DNA of 61,166 nt from Dehalococcoidia bacterium (GTDB lineage Bacteria; Chloroflexota; Dehalococcoidia; GIF9; AB-539-J10), in NCBI GenBank assembly GCA_009619075.1, contig WJOY01000039.1, positions 1-61,166 of the forward strand, in the 5' to 3' direction. This document shows, piece by piece, positions 45,121 to 54,551 of this stretch (the stretch's first letter is position 1; every line of letters starts with the position of its first letter). Below the pieces are notes generated by a model. It did no database searches, had not been told where the DNA came from, and saw only the letters and a program-made list of their open reading frames with translations. The position numbers and the translations under genes are program-made.

Positions 45121-46896
45121 ATGCGTTTCTCTAAGCTTTTTGGCAAGACATTAAGGCAAGCACCTGCAGGAGCAGAGAGTATAAGCCACCGGTTACTGCT
45201 CAGGAGTGGCATGATTGCCCAGATAGCTGCTGGCATCTATTCCTATTTGCCCTTAGGCTGGCGAGTACTCAGAAAGATAGAGAGCATAATTAGAGAGGAG
45301 ATAGATAAAGCTGGCGGGCAAGAATTGATGCTGCCAGTATTGCAGCCCTTCGAACTATGGCAGCAATCAGGAAGAGATGTTTCCTTTGGCCAATCTCTGT
45401 TCACCCTGACCGACCGCAAGGAGCATAAATTAGTCTTAGGACCCACACATGAAGAAGTTATTACTGAGCTTGCTCATCGCTATGTGCAGAGCTACCGCGA
45501 TCTCCCTTTACTGCTTTACCAAATACAAACTAAATTCCGCGATGAGCCTCGCCCTCGTGGTGGATTACTGAGAGTCCGAGAATTCATTATGAAAGACCTT
45601 TACAGCTTTGATGTTGATGAGGCTGGTCTAGATGAAAGCTATGAGAAAATGAGCCAAACTTACAAGAATATCTATGCTCGCCTTGGTCTGCCAGCCTTAA
45701 TAGTGGAAGCTGACAGTGGTGCCATAGGTGGCAAGGAATCTCATGAGTTCATGGTCATCACTGAGACTGGCGAGGATGAGGTTATCTATTGCTCCAATTG
45801 TGGCTATGCCGCTAATGCAGAGAAAGCCCAAAGTGCCAAAGCGAGGATAGAGGATGTCATTGCGAGCCGAAGTCCTGAACAAAGTGAAGGAGCAGCAAAG
45901 CAATTTCTTCCTCTAGAAGAAATAGCCACGCCGCGTTGCAAAACCATAGAAGAGGTAGCTAGTTTTCTTGGCGTGTCAACGAATCAAACTTTCAAAGCCG
46001 TATTTTATTCCGCAGATGGCGAATTTGTCTTTGTCGTTATCCGAGGCGACTTAGAAGTGAATGAAACAAAGCTAAGAAATACGCTGAAGTGTTCCGAGCT
46101 TAGATTAGCTACTGAAGGCGAGGTAAGTGAGGCAGGCATAGTGGCCGGCTTTGCTTCGCCTATTGGTATAAAAGATGTCAAAATTGTTGCTGATGATTCC
46201 ATAACTTTAGGTGCTAATTTCATCGCTGGAGCTAATAAAGCTGGATATCACTTTAAGAATGCCAATTATCCTAGAGACTTTCAGGTTGACCTTATAGGTG
46301 ATATTGCACTGGCTCACCCCGGGGATAACTGTCCTAAGTGTGGTAGCATGTTGTCTTCTGCTCGTGGCATCGAAGTAGGACACATATTTAAGCTGGGCAC
46401 CTTTATCAGCGAAAAAATGGAGGCATTCTTCTTAGATCAAGAAGGTGTATCCAAGCCTATCGTTATGGGTAGCGATGGCATTGGATTAGGACGCCTATTA
46501 GCAGCCATAGTAGAGCAGAGCCATGATGATAAAGGTATTATTTGGCCTCTCTCTATTGCTCCCTACCAAGTTTATCTTTGCCCCCTTTATTTAGATAACA
46601 CCGAAGTTGCCCCCCTAGCTGAAAATGTATACCAAGAATTGGGAAAAACGGGAGTCGAAGTTCTTTTCGATGATCGTGATGAATCCCCCGGAATTAAATT
46701 CAACGATGCTGACCTTCTGGGGATACCTCTACGTCTAACCCTAAGCCCGCGCACTCTAAAAAGCCAAAGCATAGAGGTGAAATGGCGTGCCAAGAAAGAA
46801 ACTCAGCTTTGGCCATTAGAGAATGTGGCTGCTGAAGTTAATAGGCTACTAAGAAAAAAATTAGCTTCGCAAGGTTGCGCCCAGTTCTTGATGTAG
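45121..46896 (+). CDS. proS: proline--tRNA ligase with an in-frame repeat insertion
   Basis: 591 aa; bacterial-type ProRS with editing domain; insert peptide VIASRSPEQSEGAAKQF. Confidence 0.95.
   Translation: MRFSKLFGKTLRQAPAGAESISHRLLLRSGMIAQIAAGIYSYLPLGWRVLRKIESIIREEIDKAGGQELMLPVLQPFELWQQSGRDVSFGQSLFTLTDRKEHKLVLGPTHEEVITELAHRYVQSYRDLPLLLYQIQTKFRDEPRPRGGLLRVREFIMKDLYSFDVDEAGLDESYEKMSQTYKNIYARLGLPALIVEADSGAIGGKESHEFMVITETGEDEVIYCSNCGYAANAEKAQSAKARIEDVIASRSPEQSEGAAKQFLPLEEIATPRCKTIEEVASFLGVSTNQTFKAVFYSADGEFVFVVIRGDLEVNETKLRNTLKCSELRLATEGEVSEAGIVAGFASPIGIKDVKIVADDSITLGANFIAGANKAGYHFKNANYPRDFQVDLIGDIALAHPGDNCPKCGSMLSSARGIEVGHIFKLGTFISEKMEAFFLDQEGVSKPIVMGSDGIGLGRLLAAIVEQSHDDKGIIWPLSIAPYQVYLCPLYLDNTEVAPLAENVYQELGKTGVEVLFDDRDESPGIKFNDADLLGIPLRLTLSPRTLKSQSIEVKWRAKKETQLWPLENVAAEVNRLLRKKLASQGCAQFLM
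45856..45907 (+). repeat. long-form hairpin repeat (ATTGC/GCAAT variant) inside proS
   Basis: GTCATTGCGAGCCGAAGTCCTGAACAAAGTGAAGGAGCAGCAAAGCAATTTC. Confidence 0.9.
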
Positions 46897-49278
46897 TCTA
46901 TCGAGCATCTGCTTTTGGATTATGTCAACTTCTTCATCAGTTAAAGTATGCTCAGGTGATTGATAAACAATCCTTATAGCGAAGGATTTCTTGCCTTCAG
47001 GTATTTGCTCACCTCGATAAAAGTCAAAGAGCGTGACTTTCTTTACTAGCGGGAAACTTCGGATTACATCCTCCACCTGCTGATAGCTTACTTGCTTATC
47101 TATTACTAAGGCGATGTCTCTAGTTATGCTGGGAAACCGTGGGATAGGCTGATACTGCTTTACTTTAATTGTTTTGCTCAGCAACCTGTCTATATCCATT
47201 TCAATAAGATAAACAGCATCGGAAAGCTCGAAGGCTTGTGCTACCCTGGGATGCAAGTTACCTACAATACCCACCTTGTCACTATCAATGATTATATTAG
47301 CTGCCCTTCTAGGTGATAGGCTTTCATCATCACTGACCCCAAAGGTTGCTTCTAGTCCCAATTGGTTCAAAAGGTTCTCTACTACCCCCTTAGCATCAAA
47401 GAAATTGAGCTTCTCCTTATTACCATGCCAGGACAATTCTGCCTTTGGGCCGCTAAGTGCAGCACAAAGCATTTCCTTTTCTTGTGGCAGCTCATTCCCT
47501 TGTGGCAAGAATATCTTGCCGATTTCAAATAATCTTATGCTCTTTTCCTCAATCCTTTGATTGTGTGCCAAGGTGGTTAGCAAACCAGGACACAAAGTAG
47601 TACGCAAGTATTCTTGCTCCTTAGTCATAGGGTTAGCTATCCTTAGGGGTGGAATCTTTAGCTCAAACTTTGGAGAAAGCTTTTGTAATCTCTCTAAGCT
47701 AGTTAAAGAATAAGTCAGTATTTCTTGAAAACCGCAGCCGGTGAGAATATTTCGTAATCTTTGCTTGAGATTGCTTCGCTGCGCTCGCAATGACAACCTT
47801 GGTTCTTGTTTAGGTAAGGGAGAGCTAAGCCTGGTAACAGGAACCTTGTCATAGCCGATAATGCGAACCACCTCTTCTACCAGATCAGCAGTGCACCTAA
47901 TGTCACTACGCCAATAAGAAGTGACTACCAAGATTTGTGACGCTGAGTCGGCATGCTGACATTCAAAGCCCAAGGATTTTAATACCTTAAAAATCTTAGC
48001 TAGTGGTACCTTCAAGCCTGAAAGTCGCTCCACCTCCTCAGCAGAAAGTAGTATGCCTTTTGGCTCTAGCTTTCCTGGATAAACATCAACTATACCCCTG
48101 GCTGCTTTGCCACCAGCCAGCTCTAGCAGCAATTGAGTAGCCCGCTTCAGCGGCAGCAGTGGTAAGTCAGGATTTAGCCCTTTATCAAAGCGAATTGAAG
48201 CTTCACTCTGTAAATTAAGGCAGCGGCATCCTTGACGAATGATTGCTTGGTTGAAATTTGCCGACTCTAGGAGAATAGAAGTGGTTTTATCTGCAACCTC
48301 GGTATCTGACCCTCCCATAATTCCAGCAATAGCAACAGCCTTTTCTTTGTCAGCAATGACTAAAGTGTCGGGGCTAAGGACACGCTCTATTCCATCAAGG
48401 GTGGTTATAGTTTCGCCATTTTTAGCCCGACGGACAATAATCTGTTTACCTTCAAGCTTATGATAGTCAAAAGCATGGAGAGGCTGCCCATATTCCAGCA
48501 TCACGTAATTGGTAACATCAACCACGTTGTTAATAGGACGCATACCATAGCTACTCAGGCGCTGCTGTAGCCAGCCAGGAGAAGACGTTACCCTAACCCC
48601 CATGATTAAGCTAGCGCAGTACCTAGAACATAAACTTGGGTCAATTATGTCAACCTTGACAAAGGAATCTATCAGAGCCTCTGTTTCTTCATAGCCTAAC
48701 TCGGGCAAATGAAGTGGTTGCTCAGTAAGAGAGGCAATTTCTCTAGCAATGCCAATTATGGATAAGCAATCTGGGCGATTGGGCGTTATATCTAAATCAA
48801 AAATAACATCGCCTAAATAGTCTCTAAGAGGCATACCTAGAGGAGCTTCTGGTGGTAATACCATGATGCCCTCATGACTATCAGAGATCCCCAATTCCTT
48901 TTCAGAGCAAACCATGCCCTCAGAAAGAACGCCACGAATTTCAGCCGGCTTTAGCAAAATAGGTTTCCCAGTATGACCATCTATAAGTTGTGCTCCCACA
49001 GAGGCGAAAGGCACCTTCTGACCGTGGCTAATGTTTGGGGCACCGCAAACTACAGTAATCTGCTGGGGGCCGAGATTAACAGTAGCTAGCTTTAAGCGAT
49101 CAGCATTAGGATGAGGATTTAAAGCTATCACTTTTCCTACTACTATGTTGTTCCAGGTGCTGCCTGTAATCTGTAGGTCTTTGACTTCCACGCCAGCCAT
49201 AGTTAGCTTTCTAGCTAGCTCTTTAGGAGCAAGCTTGATGTCACTATAATCTTTAAGCCATTTAAGCGAAGCTTTCAT
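46861..49278 (-). CDS. pheT: phenylalanine--tRNA ligase beta subunit with an in-frame repeat insertion
   Basis: 805 aa; MKASLKWLKDY N-terminus, B3/4 and B5 regions; insert peptide LSLRAQRSNLKQ. Confidence 0.95.
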   Translation of the reverse strand: MKASLKWLKDYSDIKLAPKELARKLTMAGVEVKDLQITGSTWNNIVVGKVIALNPHPNADRLKLATVNLGPQQITVVCGAPNISHGQKVPFASVGAQLIDGHTGKPILLKPAEIRGVLSEGMVCSEKELGISDSHEGIMVLPPEAPLGMPLRDYLGDVIFDLDITPNRPDCLSIIGIAREIASLTEQPLHLPELGYEETEALIDSFVKVDIIDPSLCSRYCASLIMGVRVTSSPGWLQQRLSSYGMRPINNVVDVTNYVMLEYGQPLHAFDYHKLEGKQIIVRRAKNGETITTLDGIERVLSPDTLVIADKEKAVAIAGIMGGSDTEVADKTTSILLESANFNQAIIRQGCRCLNLQSEASIRFDKGLNPDLPLLPLKRATQLLLELAGGKAARGIVDVYPGKLEPKGILLSAEEVERLSGLKVPLAKIFKVLKSLGFECQHADSASQILVVTSYWRSDIRCTADLVEEVVRIIGYDKVPVTRLSSPLPKQEPRLSLRAQRSNLKQRLRNILTGCGFQEILTYSLTSLERLQKLSPKFELKIPPLRIANPMTKEQEYLRTTLCPGLLTTLAHNQRIEEKSIRLFEIGKIFLPQGNELPQEKEMLCAALSGPKAELSWHGNKEKLNFFDAKGVVENLLNQLGLEATFGVSDDESLSPRRAANIIIDSDKVGIVGNLHPRVAQAFELSDAVYLIEMDIDRLLSKTIKVKQYQPIPRFPSITRDIALVIDKQVSYQQVEDVIRSFPLVKKVTLFDFYRGEQIPEGKKSFAIRIVYQSPEHTLTDEEVDIIQKQMLDRLHQELGATLRS
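47767..47794 (-). repeat. hairpin-repeat unit inside pheT
   Basis: Minus strand GTCATTGCGAGCGCAGCGAAGCAATCTC. Confidence 0.9.
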
Positions 49279-49293
49279 GTTAGCTACTAAAAC

Positions 49294-50328
49294 CTAGAAT
49301 TGTTTTAAAAACCTAAGGTCATTACGGTAAAAGAGGCGAATATCGTCTATGCCGTAGCGAAGCATGGCGATGCGCTCTACACCCATACCAAAGGCAAAGC
49401 CACTATAAATTTCAGGATCAATATCACCACGCTTGAGGACATCAGGGTGGGTCATCCCTGCGCCCAATATTTCAATCCAGCCGCTGTAGCCACACAGGCG
49501 GCAGCCAGTTCCATGACAGGCTGAGCACTCAATAGCCACCTCCACCCCAGGCTCGACAAAAGGGAAATAATCACATCGGAAGCGTACTTTCCTTTCCTCA
49601 CCAAAAAGGCAACGACTAAATTCAAACAAAGTGCCTTTCAAATCAGCCAAAGTAATATCCTTGTCTATAGCTAATCCTTCAACCTGATATAACATAGATT
49701 CATGGGTAACATCGGTTGCTTCATATCTATAAACCCGCCCCGGCATTATAGCTCTTATCGGTGGGCGCTTCTTTTCCATCAGCCTTATCTGCATCGGCGA
49801 AGTATGGGTGCGCAAAAGCCTAGATTCTTTATCCATCTCGGGATCTACCCACAAAGTGGCGAACATATCCCGTGCCGGGTGCCATTGAGGGATATTTAGA
49901 GCCTCAAAGTTATAATAATCCCACTCAACATCAGGCCCCTCAAAAACTTGAAAACCCATGTTCTTGAAAACATCACAAATTTCTTCCAGTACTTGGGGGA
50001 TGGGGTGAAGTCGTCCTATGGGGACAGGCCGACCAGGCAAAGTAACATCTAATCCTTCGCGCTCTAAGGAAGTAGCCAGGTGGATTTCTTCTAGAAACTT
50101 TTTCTTTTCAACTAGGCCCGATTCTAAAGCTCTCTTGATTTCATTAGCTTGGGCGCCTACTTTTTTTCGCTCCTCTAGAGGTAGGGTAGCCAAAGAACGC
50201 AAAATTTGAGTTAACTTGCTTTTCTTGCCCAAGTGGTGAACTCGCCATGAGTTGAGTTCCCTAAGTTCGTTAACTTGGTTTAATTCACTAAGAGCCTCTC
50301 GGCGAAGTTCCTTAAGTTGCTTGAGCAT
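49294..50328 (-). CDS. pheS: phenylalanine--tRNA ligase alpha subunit
   Basis: 344 aa; class II motifs ([23 protein letters not shown]). Confidence 0.95.
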   Translation of the reverse strand: MLKQLKELRREALSELNQVNELRELNSWRVHHLGKKSKLTQILRSLATLPLEERKKVGAQANEIKRALESGLVEKKKFLEEIHLATSLEREGLDVTLPGRPVPIGRLHPIPQVLEEICDVFKNMGFQVFEGPDVEWDYYNFEALNIPQWHPARDMFATLWVDPEMDKESRLLRTHTSPMQIRLMEKKRPPIRAIMPGRVYRYEATDVTHESMLYQVEGLAIDKDITLADLKGTLFEFSRCLFGEERKVRFRCDYFPFVEPGVEVAIECSACHGTGCRLCGYSGWIEILGAGMTHPDVLKRGDIDPEIYSGFAFGMGVERIAMLRYGIDDIRLFYRNDLRFLKQF

Positions 50329-50689
50329 TTGTGTTTTCAGATGAAACAGAAGCCATTAATTTAGCCAAGCCTTCAGGATCCTTAACTGCCATCTCAGCTA
50401 GCATCTTGCGGTTTATTTCCCTGTTTGATTTCTTTAAGCTAGCCATAAACTGACTGTAGGAGAGCCCTTGAGCTCGTGCTGCGGCATTGATACGGGCAAT
50501 CCATAATCGCCTGAAATCGCCTTTTCGCTCCCGACGGTGGCAATAGGCATAATCTAGGCCATGAAGCATAGATTCATGAGCTGTGCGATATAAGGCATGC
50601 CTGGCACCATAATGGCCCTTGGTTAATTCAAGTGCCTTTTTATGGCGCCTATGAGTGACTTTCCCGCTTTTAGCTCGTGGCAAGATCAT
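50312..50689 (-). CDS. rplT: 50S ribosomal protein L20
   Basis: 125 aa; [18 protein letters not shown]; short C-terminal extension overlaps the pheS start. Confidence 0.95.
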   Translation of the reverse strand: MILPRAKSGKVTHRRHKKALELTKGHYGARHALYRTAHESMLHGLDYAYCHRRERKGDFRRLWIARINAAARAQGLSYSQFMASLKKSNREINRKMLAEMAVKDPEGLAKLMASVSSENTNAQAT

Positions 50690-51036
50690 CCTCCCTCAGC
50701 TTTATTTTCAGAAGTTACCTTTTTCCCTCTGGCGATAGAGTAAACCACTATCAATGCAATGCCAATGAATAAAAAAACAAATCCGGGGATACCGGTTGCC
50801 TTGCCTATCCGGAAAGCAAAAGCACTGATTATAAGAGCTATACCTATCCCGGTTACTACCGAGCCTGTGAGCAAGAATCCCCAACCAGGAGGGCCTAGTG
50901 GTTTTGGTTGCTTTGGCTGGTATAGCCCCTTCTCTATTAAAGCCATATCTTTCTTATGCTCCCAATAAATTGCCCAGCCACCACAAGATATACCAAGGAC
51001 TATTGCCAAGATAGGAATTAGAAGGGCCCAATTCAT
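50686..51036 (-). CDS. three/four-TM membrane protein of unknown function inserted between rpmI and rplT
   Basis: 116 aa; stop overlaps the rplT start (ATGA); its last codons (AEGG) contain the GAGGGAGGA RBS of rplT. Confidence 0.6.
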   Translation of the reverse strand: MNWALLIPILAIVLGISCGGWAIYWEHKKDMALIEKGLYQPKQPKPLGPPGWGFLLTGSVVTGIGIALIISAFAFRIGKATGIPGFVFLFIGIALIVVYSIARGKKVTSENKAEGG

Positions 51037-51054
51037 TTTTTAACCTCCTTTATG

Positions 51055-51252
51055 CTATTTATAAGGCAAAAGTCTTCCTACTCGCTTTTTATCTGCCGAA
51101 GAGACTGACATAAGCTCGTCATAAAGACGCTTGGTTCGAGGAGCTTTTTTCCGTCTTAAGTGGCTTTTGCCACACTTAGTCCGCATGAGCTTGCCACTAC
51201 CTGTTATGTGAAAGCGTCCCTTCACTCCTTTATGAGTCTTAAGTTTTGGCAT
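51055..51252 (-). CDS. rpmI: 50S ribosomal protein L35
   Basis: 65 aa; MPKLKTHKGVKGRFHITGSGK. Confidence 0.95.
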   Translation of the reverse strand: MPKLKTHKGVKGRFHITGSGKLMRTKCGKSHLRRKKAPRTKRLYDELMSVSSADKKRVGRLLPYK

Positions 51253-51787
51253 CTGATTTCACCACCGTAGATTTTTTCGCCGGAGAAGGCAAAAGGATTA
51301 AAGCTATACGCCTTGCATCCTTAACAAGACGGTCGCTTGCTACTGCTTCTTCTTTTAAGGCTTCGGCTACCTTCTGTAGCACCTTCCAACCTAATTCTGG
51401 ATAAATAACCTCACGTCCTCTAAACCTCACCGATACCCTTACTTTACTACCTTCCTCCAGCAATTTTCTTATTGTTCTAATCTTCGCTTGTAAATCATGT
51501 TCCTCAATTTTTGGTCTAAAACGAACTTCTCTAAGCAAGCCAATTTTTTGACTCCTTTTTACTTTCCGTTCTTTTTTCGATTGTTCATATTTATACTTTC
51601 CATAATCAAGAAGCCGACATACCGGTGGAATGACCGTTGGTGATACTTCAACTAAATCAAGACCATGGTCATGGGCAAGCTGCAATGCTTGCTGCAGAGG
51701 TTGTATGCCCAGCTGTTCTCCTTCCTCTCCTATAAGTCGAACTTCTTTGACCCTAATTTGCCTATTAATCCGTAAATGTTTAACTAT
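51239..51787 (-). CDS. infC: translation initiation factor IF-3, probable non-AUG (ATA) start
   Basis: The track ORF begins at an internal TTG (51685). The frame stays open upstream to a TAA at 51820-51818. (I)VKHLRINRQIRVKEVRLIGEEGEQLGI is the conserved IF-3 N-terminus. ATA at 51787-51785 sits 7 nt behind AGAGGTGGA. Confidence 0.75.
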   Translation of the reverse strand: MVKHLRINRQIRVKEVRLIGEEGEQLGIQPLQQALQLAHDHGLDLVEVSPTVIPPVCRLLDYGKYKYEQSKKERKVKRSQKIGLLREVRFRPKIEEHDLQAKIRTIRKLLEEGSKVRVSVRFRGREVIYPELGWKVLQKVAEALKEEAVASDRLVKDARRIALILLPSPAKKSTVVKSDAKT

Positions 51788-51810
51788 ATCTTTTCCACCT
51801 CTAAAGTAAT

Positions 51811-53532
51811 TTAGCGCTTAGCCTCTATATCTCCTCTTATCTTTGCCTTGACCTGTGAAATAGTTTGCGCGCCTATGTCCTCACCACTCCTTAAGCGAAG
51901 CGACACATTGGACGAAGCTACCTCATTATCACCAACTATAATCATGTATGGTATCTTATTTAGTTGGGCTTCCCTTATTTTCAAGTTCATTCTCTCTGAG
52001 CGGTCGTCAACATGAGTGCGAATACCCTCTTTTTTAAGCTCATTTCCCACTTGGTGAGCATAATCAATATGACGATCCGCTATAGGAATTATTACAGCCT
52101 GAACCGGTGATAGCCACACAGGAAAAGCACCACCATAATGCTCAATAAGACAAGCTAAGAAGCGTTCCATGCTTCCTAAAACAGTGCGATGTATCATTGT
52201 TACATTGTGTTCTAAGCCATCAGCACCAATGTAACAAACATTAAATCGTTGTGGCAAATTGAAATCGACCTGAATGGTAGGGCCTTGCCAAGCATGTCCT
52301 AAAGCATCTCTAAGTTTAATATCAATCTTAGGTCCGTAAAAAACTCCTTCGCCAGGATCCAGTTTGTAGGGCAATTTAAGTTTTTCTAAGACCCGTCTTA
52401 AAGATTCTGTAGCTCCCTCCCACATTTCAATAGTCCCAGCATATTTCTCCGGACGTGTGGATAATAGCAATTCATAATCACCAAAGCCGAAAGTGGACAT
52501 CATAAACTTTGCTAGTTCTACAACTCCCATTACTTCTGCTTCAGTTTGGTCAAGGCGGCAGAAAATGTGAGCGTCGTCTTGAGTGAATCCCCTTACTCTA
52601 GCTAAGCCATGTAGCACCCCGGTGCGCTCATACCTATATACCGTGCCTAATTCGGCATACCTCAGAGGTAAATCGCGATAGCTACGCAGTTGACTTTTAT
52701 AAATCATGATATGCCCCAAGCAATTCATCGGCTTTATTATGTATTGTTGTCCTTCTACTTCCATTGGTGAATATAAGTAATCCCGATAAAATTCCCAGTG
52801 CCCGCTGGTTTTCCACAAATCTAACTTGGCAATATGAGGAGTATAGACAATATCGTAGCCTTGCTTAATATGTTCCGCCTTCCAAAAATCCTCAATAATC
52901 CGCCGAATTAAAGCACCTTTAGGGTGCCAACAAATTAAACCAGGGCCAATTTCCTCGTGAATACTGAAAAGGTCGAGTTCTTTGCCTAGCTTCCTATGGT
53001 CTCGTTTGGCAGCTTCAGCCTGGCGCAATAAATAATCCTCAAGCTTTGCTTGGCTATCAAAAGCTACACCATAAATTCTCTGCAACATGGGTTGTCTCTC
53101 ATCGCCACGCCAATATGCTCCGGCGATATGAGTAAGCTTAAACGTTTTCACTTCCCCTGTAGAAGCTATATGGGGGCCACGGCATAAATCGGTAAAAGAA
53201 CCTTGCTTATAGATAGCTACTATAGCATCGGGGAGTCCATTAATAAGCTCCAGTTTATAAGGTTGGGTGGCAAAAAGGAGACGTGCTTTCTCCTTGCTTA
53301 CCTCCTCTCTGATGAAAGGCAAATCAGCATCAATAATCTCCTTCATTTTGCTTTCAATTATGGGCATGTCTTCTTGTGTTAACGGACGTGGTAGCTCAAA
53401 ATCATAATAAAAGCCATTTTCAATAGCTGGCCCAATGCCAAATTTGGCCCCGGGGAAAAGGGATTGCACGGCCTCGGCCATGATGTGAGCGGCAGAGTGA
53501 CGCATCCTTTCCAATCTCTCTTCTCTATTCAT
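51811..53532 (-). CDS. thrS: threonine--tRNA ligase (short form, apparently lacking the N-terminal TGS domain)
   Basis: 573 aa starting in the HSAAH second-additional-domain motif; class II core and anticodon-binding domain present. Confidence 0.9.
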   Translation of the reverse strand: MNREERLERMRHSAAHIMAEAVQSLFPGAKFGIGPAIENGFYYDFELPRPLTQEDMPIIESKMKEIIDADLPFIREEVSKEKARLLFATQPYKLELINGLPDAIVAIYKQGSFTDLCRGPHIASTGEVKTFKLTHIAGAYWRGDERQPMLQRIYGVAFDSQAKLEDYLLRQAEAAKRDHRKLGKELDLFSIHEEIGPGLICWHPKGALIRRIIEDFWKAEHIKQGYDIVYTPHIAKLDLWKTSGHWEFYRDYLYSPMEVEGQQYIIKPMNCLGHIMIYKSQLRSYRDLPLRYAELGTVYRYERTGVLHGLARVRGFTQDDAHIFCRLDQTEAEVMGVVELAKFMMSTFGFGDYELLLSTRPEKYAGTIEMWEGATESLRRVLEKLKLPYKLDPGEGVFYGPKIDIKLRDALGHAWQGPTIQVDFNLPQRFNVCYIGADGLEHNVTMIHRTVLGSMERFLACLIEHYGGAFPVWLSPVQAVIIPIADRHIDYAHQVGNELKKEGIRTHVDDRSERMNLKIREAQLNKIPYMIIVGDNEVASSNVSLRLRSGEDIGAQTISQVKAKIRGDIEAKR

Positions 53533-53770
53533 TATTATTAAGCTCTTACCCTGTAACTAAATAAAAAGGCTCATGCCTAAAACGAGAGGTTTTATAAAAT
53601 TAAATCCCATTGGAAATTTAAGACGTGACAAGCTGTTAGCTTTTACCTTCCGATGTCTTAGCCCTTTTTATCAGCATCCACTAATCAATTGAGAGGAAAT
53701 GCTCCCCACTACAAAATAACTAACCCCCTAATTCACTCTCATATATTTATATTATCATGTTTGCCAAATA

Positions 53771-53843
53771 TGGGCGATACTGGATTTGAACCAGTGACCT
53801 CTGCGATGTCAACGCAGCGCTCTAACCGCTGAGCTAACCGCCC
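53771..53843 (-). tRNA. tRNA-Val(GAC)
   Basis: Reverse complement GGGCGGTTAGCTCAGCGGTTAGAGCGCTGCG-TTGACAT-CGCAG...GGTTCAAATCCAGTATCGCCCA. Confidence 0.9.
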
Positions 53844-53897
53844 CTTTTGACCGATTGTAGCAGACATATATAGGAAGTTCAAATCTTCACAATAGAC

Positions 53898-54037
53898 GGT
53901 CATTCCACAACACCTACCTGTCATTCCGCGTTTTTCGCTGCCTCCTTGCGGAGTTTACCCTGAGTGCGATTCTTCGGTCGCTTCTCTCCCTCAGAATGAC
54001 AGGAAAGCGAAGGGCCAGAGCTTCACCTCAGGATAAT
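53898..54037. repeat. hairpin-repeat cluster; core 53920-54000 is an 81-nt unit with GTCATTC...GAATGAC inverted termini
   Basis: GTCATTCCGCGTTTTTCGCTGCCTCCTTGCGGAGTTTACCCTGAGTGCGATTCTTCGGTCGCTTCTCTCCCTCAGAATGAC. Confidence 0.85.
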
Positions 54038-54117
54038 AAAATAAACGGTCTTCAAGATGGCGAGAATTATAGTACGTGATATAATAGAGTTACCCTTGCC
54101 ACATAATATGGGCTAAG

Positions 54118-54540
54118 ATGATTGAGAAGGCTTTTGAAATCACTGATCATACTGCTGACGTAGGCATTATTGCTTATGGAGCTAATATTAAGCAGCTCTT
54201 TTCCAATGCTGCTTTAGCCTTGTTTAGCTTGATCACGGAGGTCGGAAGTGTTAATGAGGAATTGCGGCGCCACGTAGAGATAGTGAGTGAAGACAAAGAT
54301 AGCTTACTAGTAGAATGGCTTAATGAGCTTATTTACCTCTTTGATGCTGAGCACGTTTTGTTTAGGAGATTCCATATCGAGAGTTTGACTAACAATCAGC
54401 TTAAAGCTACTTGCTATGGGGAAGATTTTGACCCTCTAAAGCACAAGATAAAGACAGGAATAAAAGCAGCTACATATCATATGTTAAAGATAAACAGGAA
54501 TAACCGCGGTTATGAAGTTCAAATAATCTTTGATGTTTAA
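54118..54540 (+). CDS. archease
   Basis: 140 aa; FEITDHTADVGIIAYG N-terminus. Confidence 0.85.
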   Translation: MIEKAFEITDHTADVGIIAYGANIKQLFSNAALALFSLITEVGSVNEELRRHVEIVSEDKDSLLVEWLNELIYLFDAEHVLFRRFHIESLTNNQLKATCYGEDFDPLKHKIKTGIKAATYHMLKINRNNRGYEVQIIFDV

Positions 54541-54551
54541 GGAGTTAAGAC

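Noticed and set aside
53533-53770. T-box leader upstream of thrS
   Set aside because: There is no convincing T-box 14-mer (AAnnnGGGTGGTACCGCG-like) or specifier-loop arrangement. It is kept only as an unexplained leader.
53739-53924. Listed 61-aa ORF
   Set aside because: It overlaps tRNA-Val(GAC) and repeat DNA, with no RBS.
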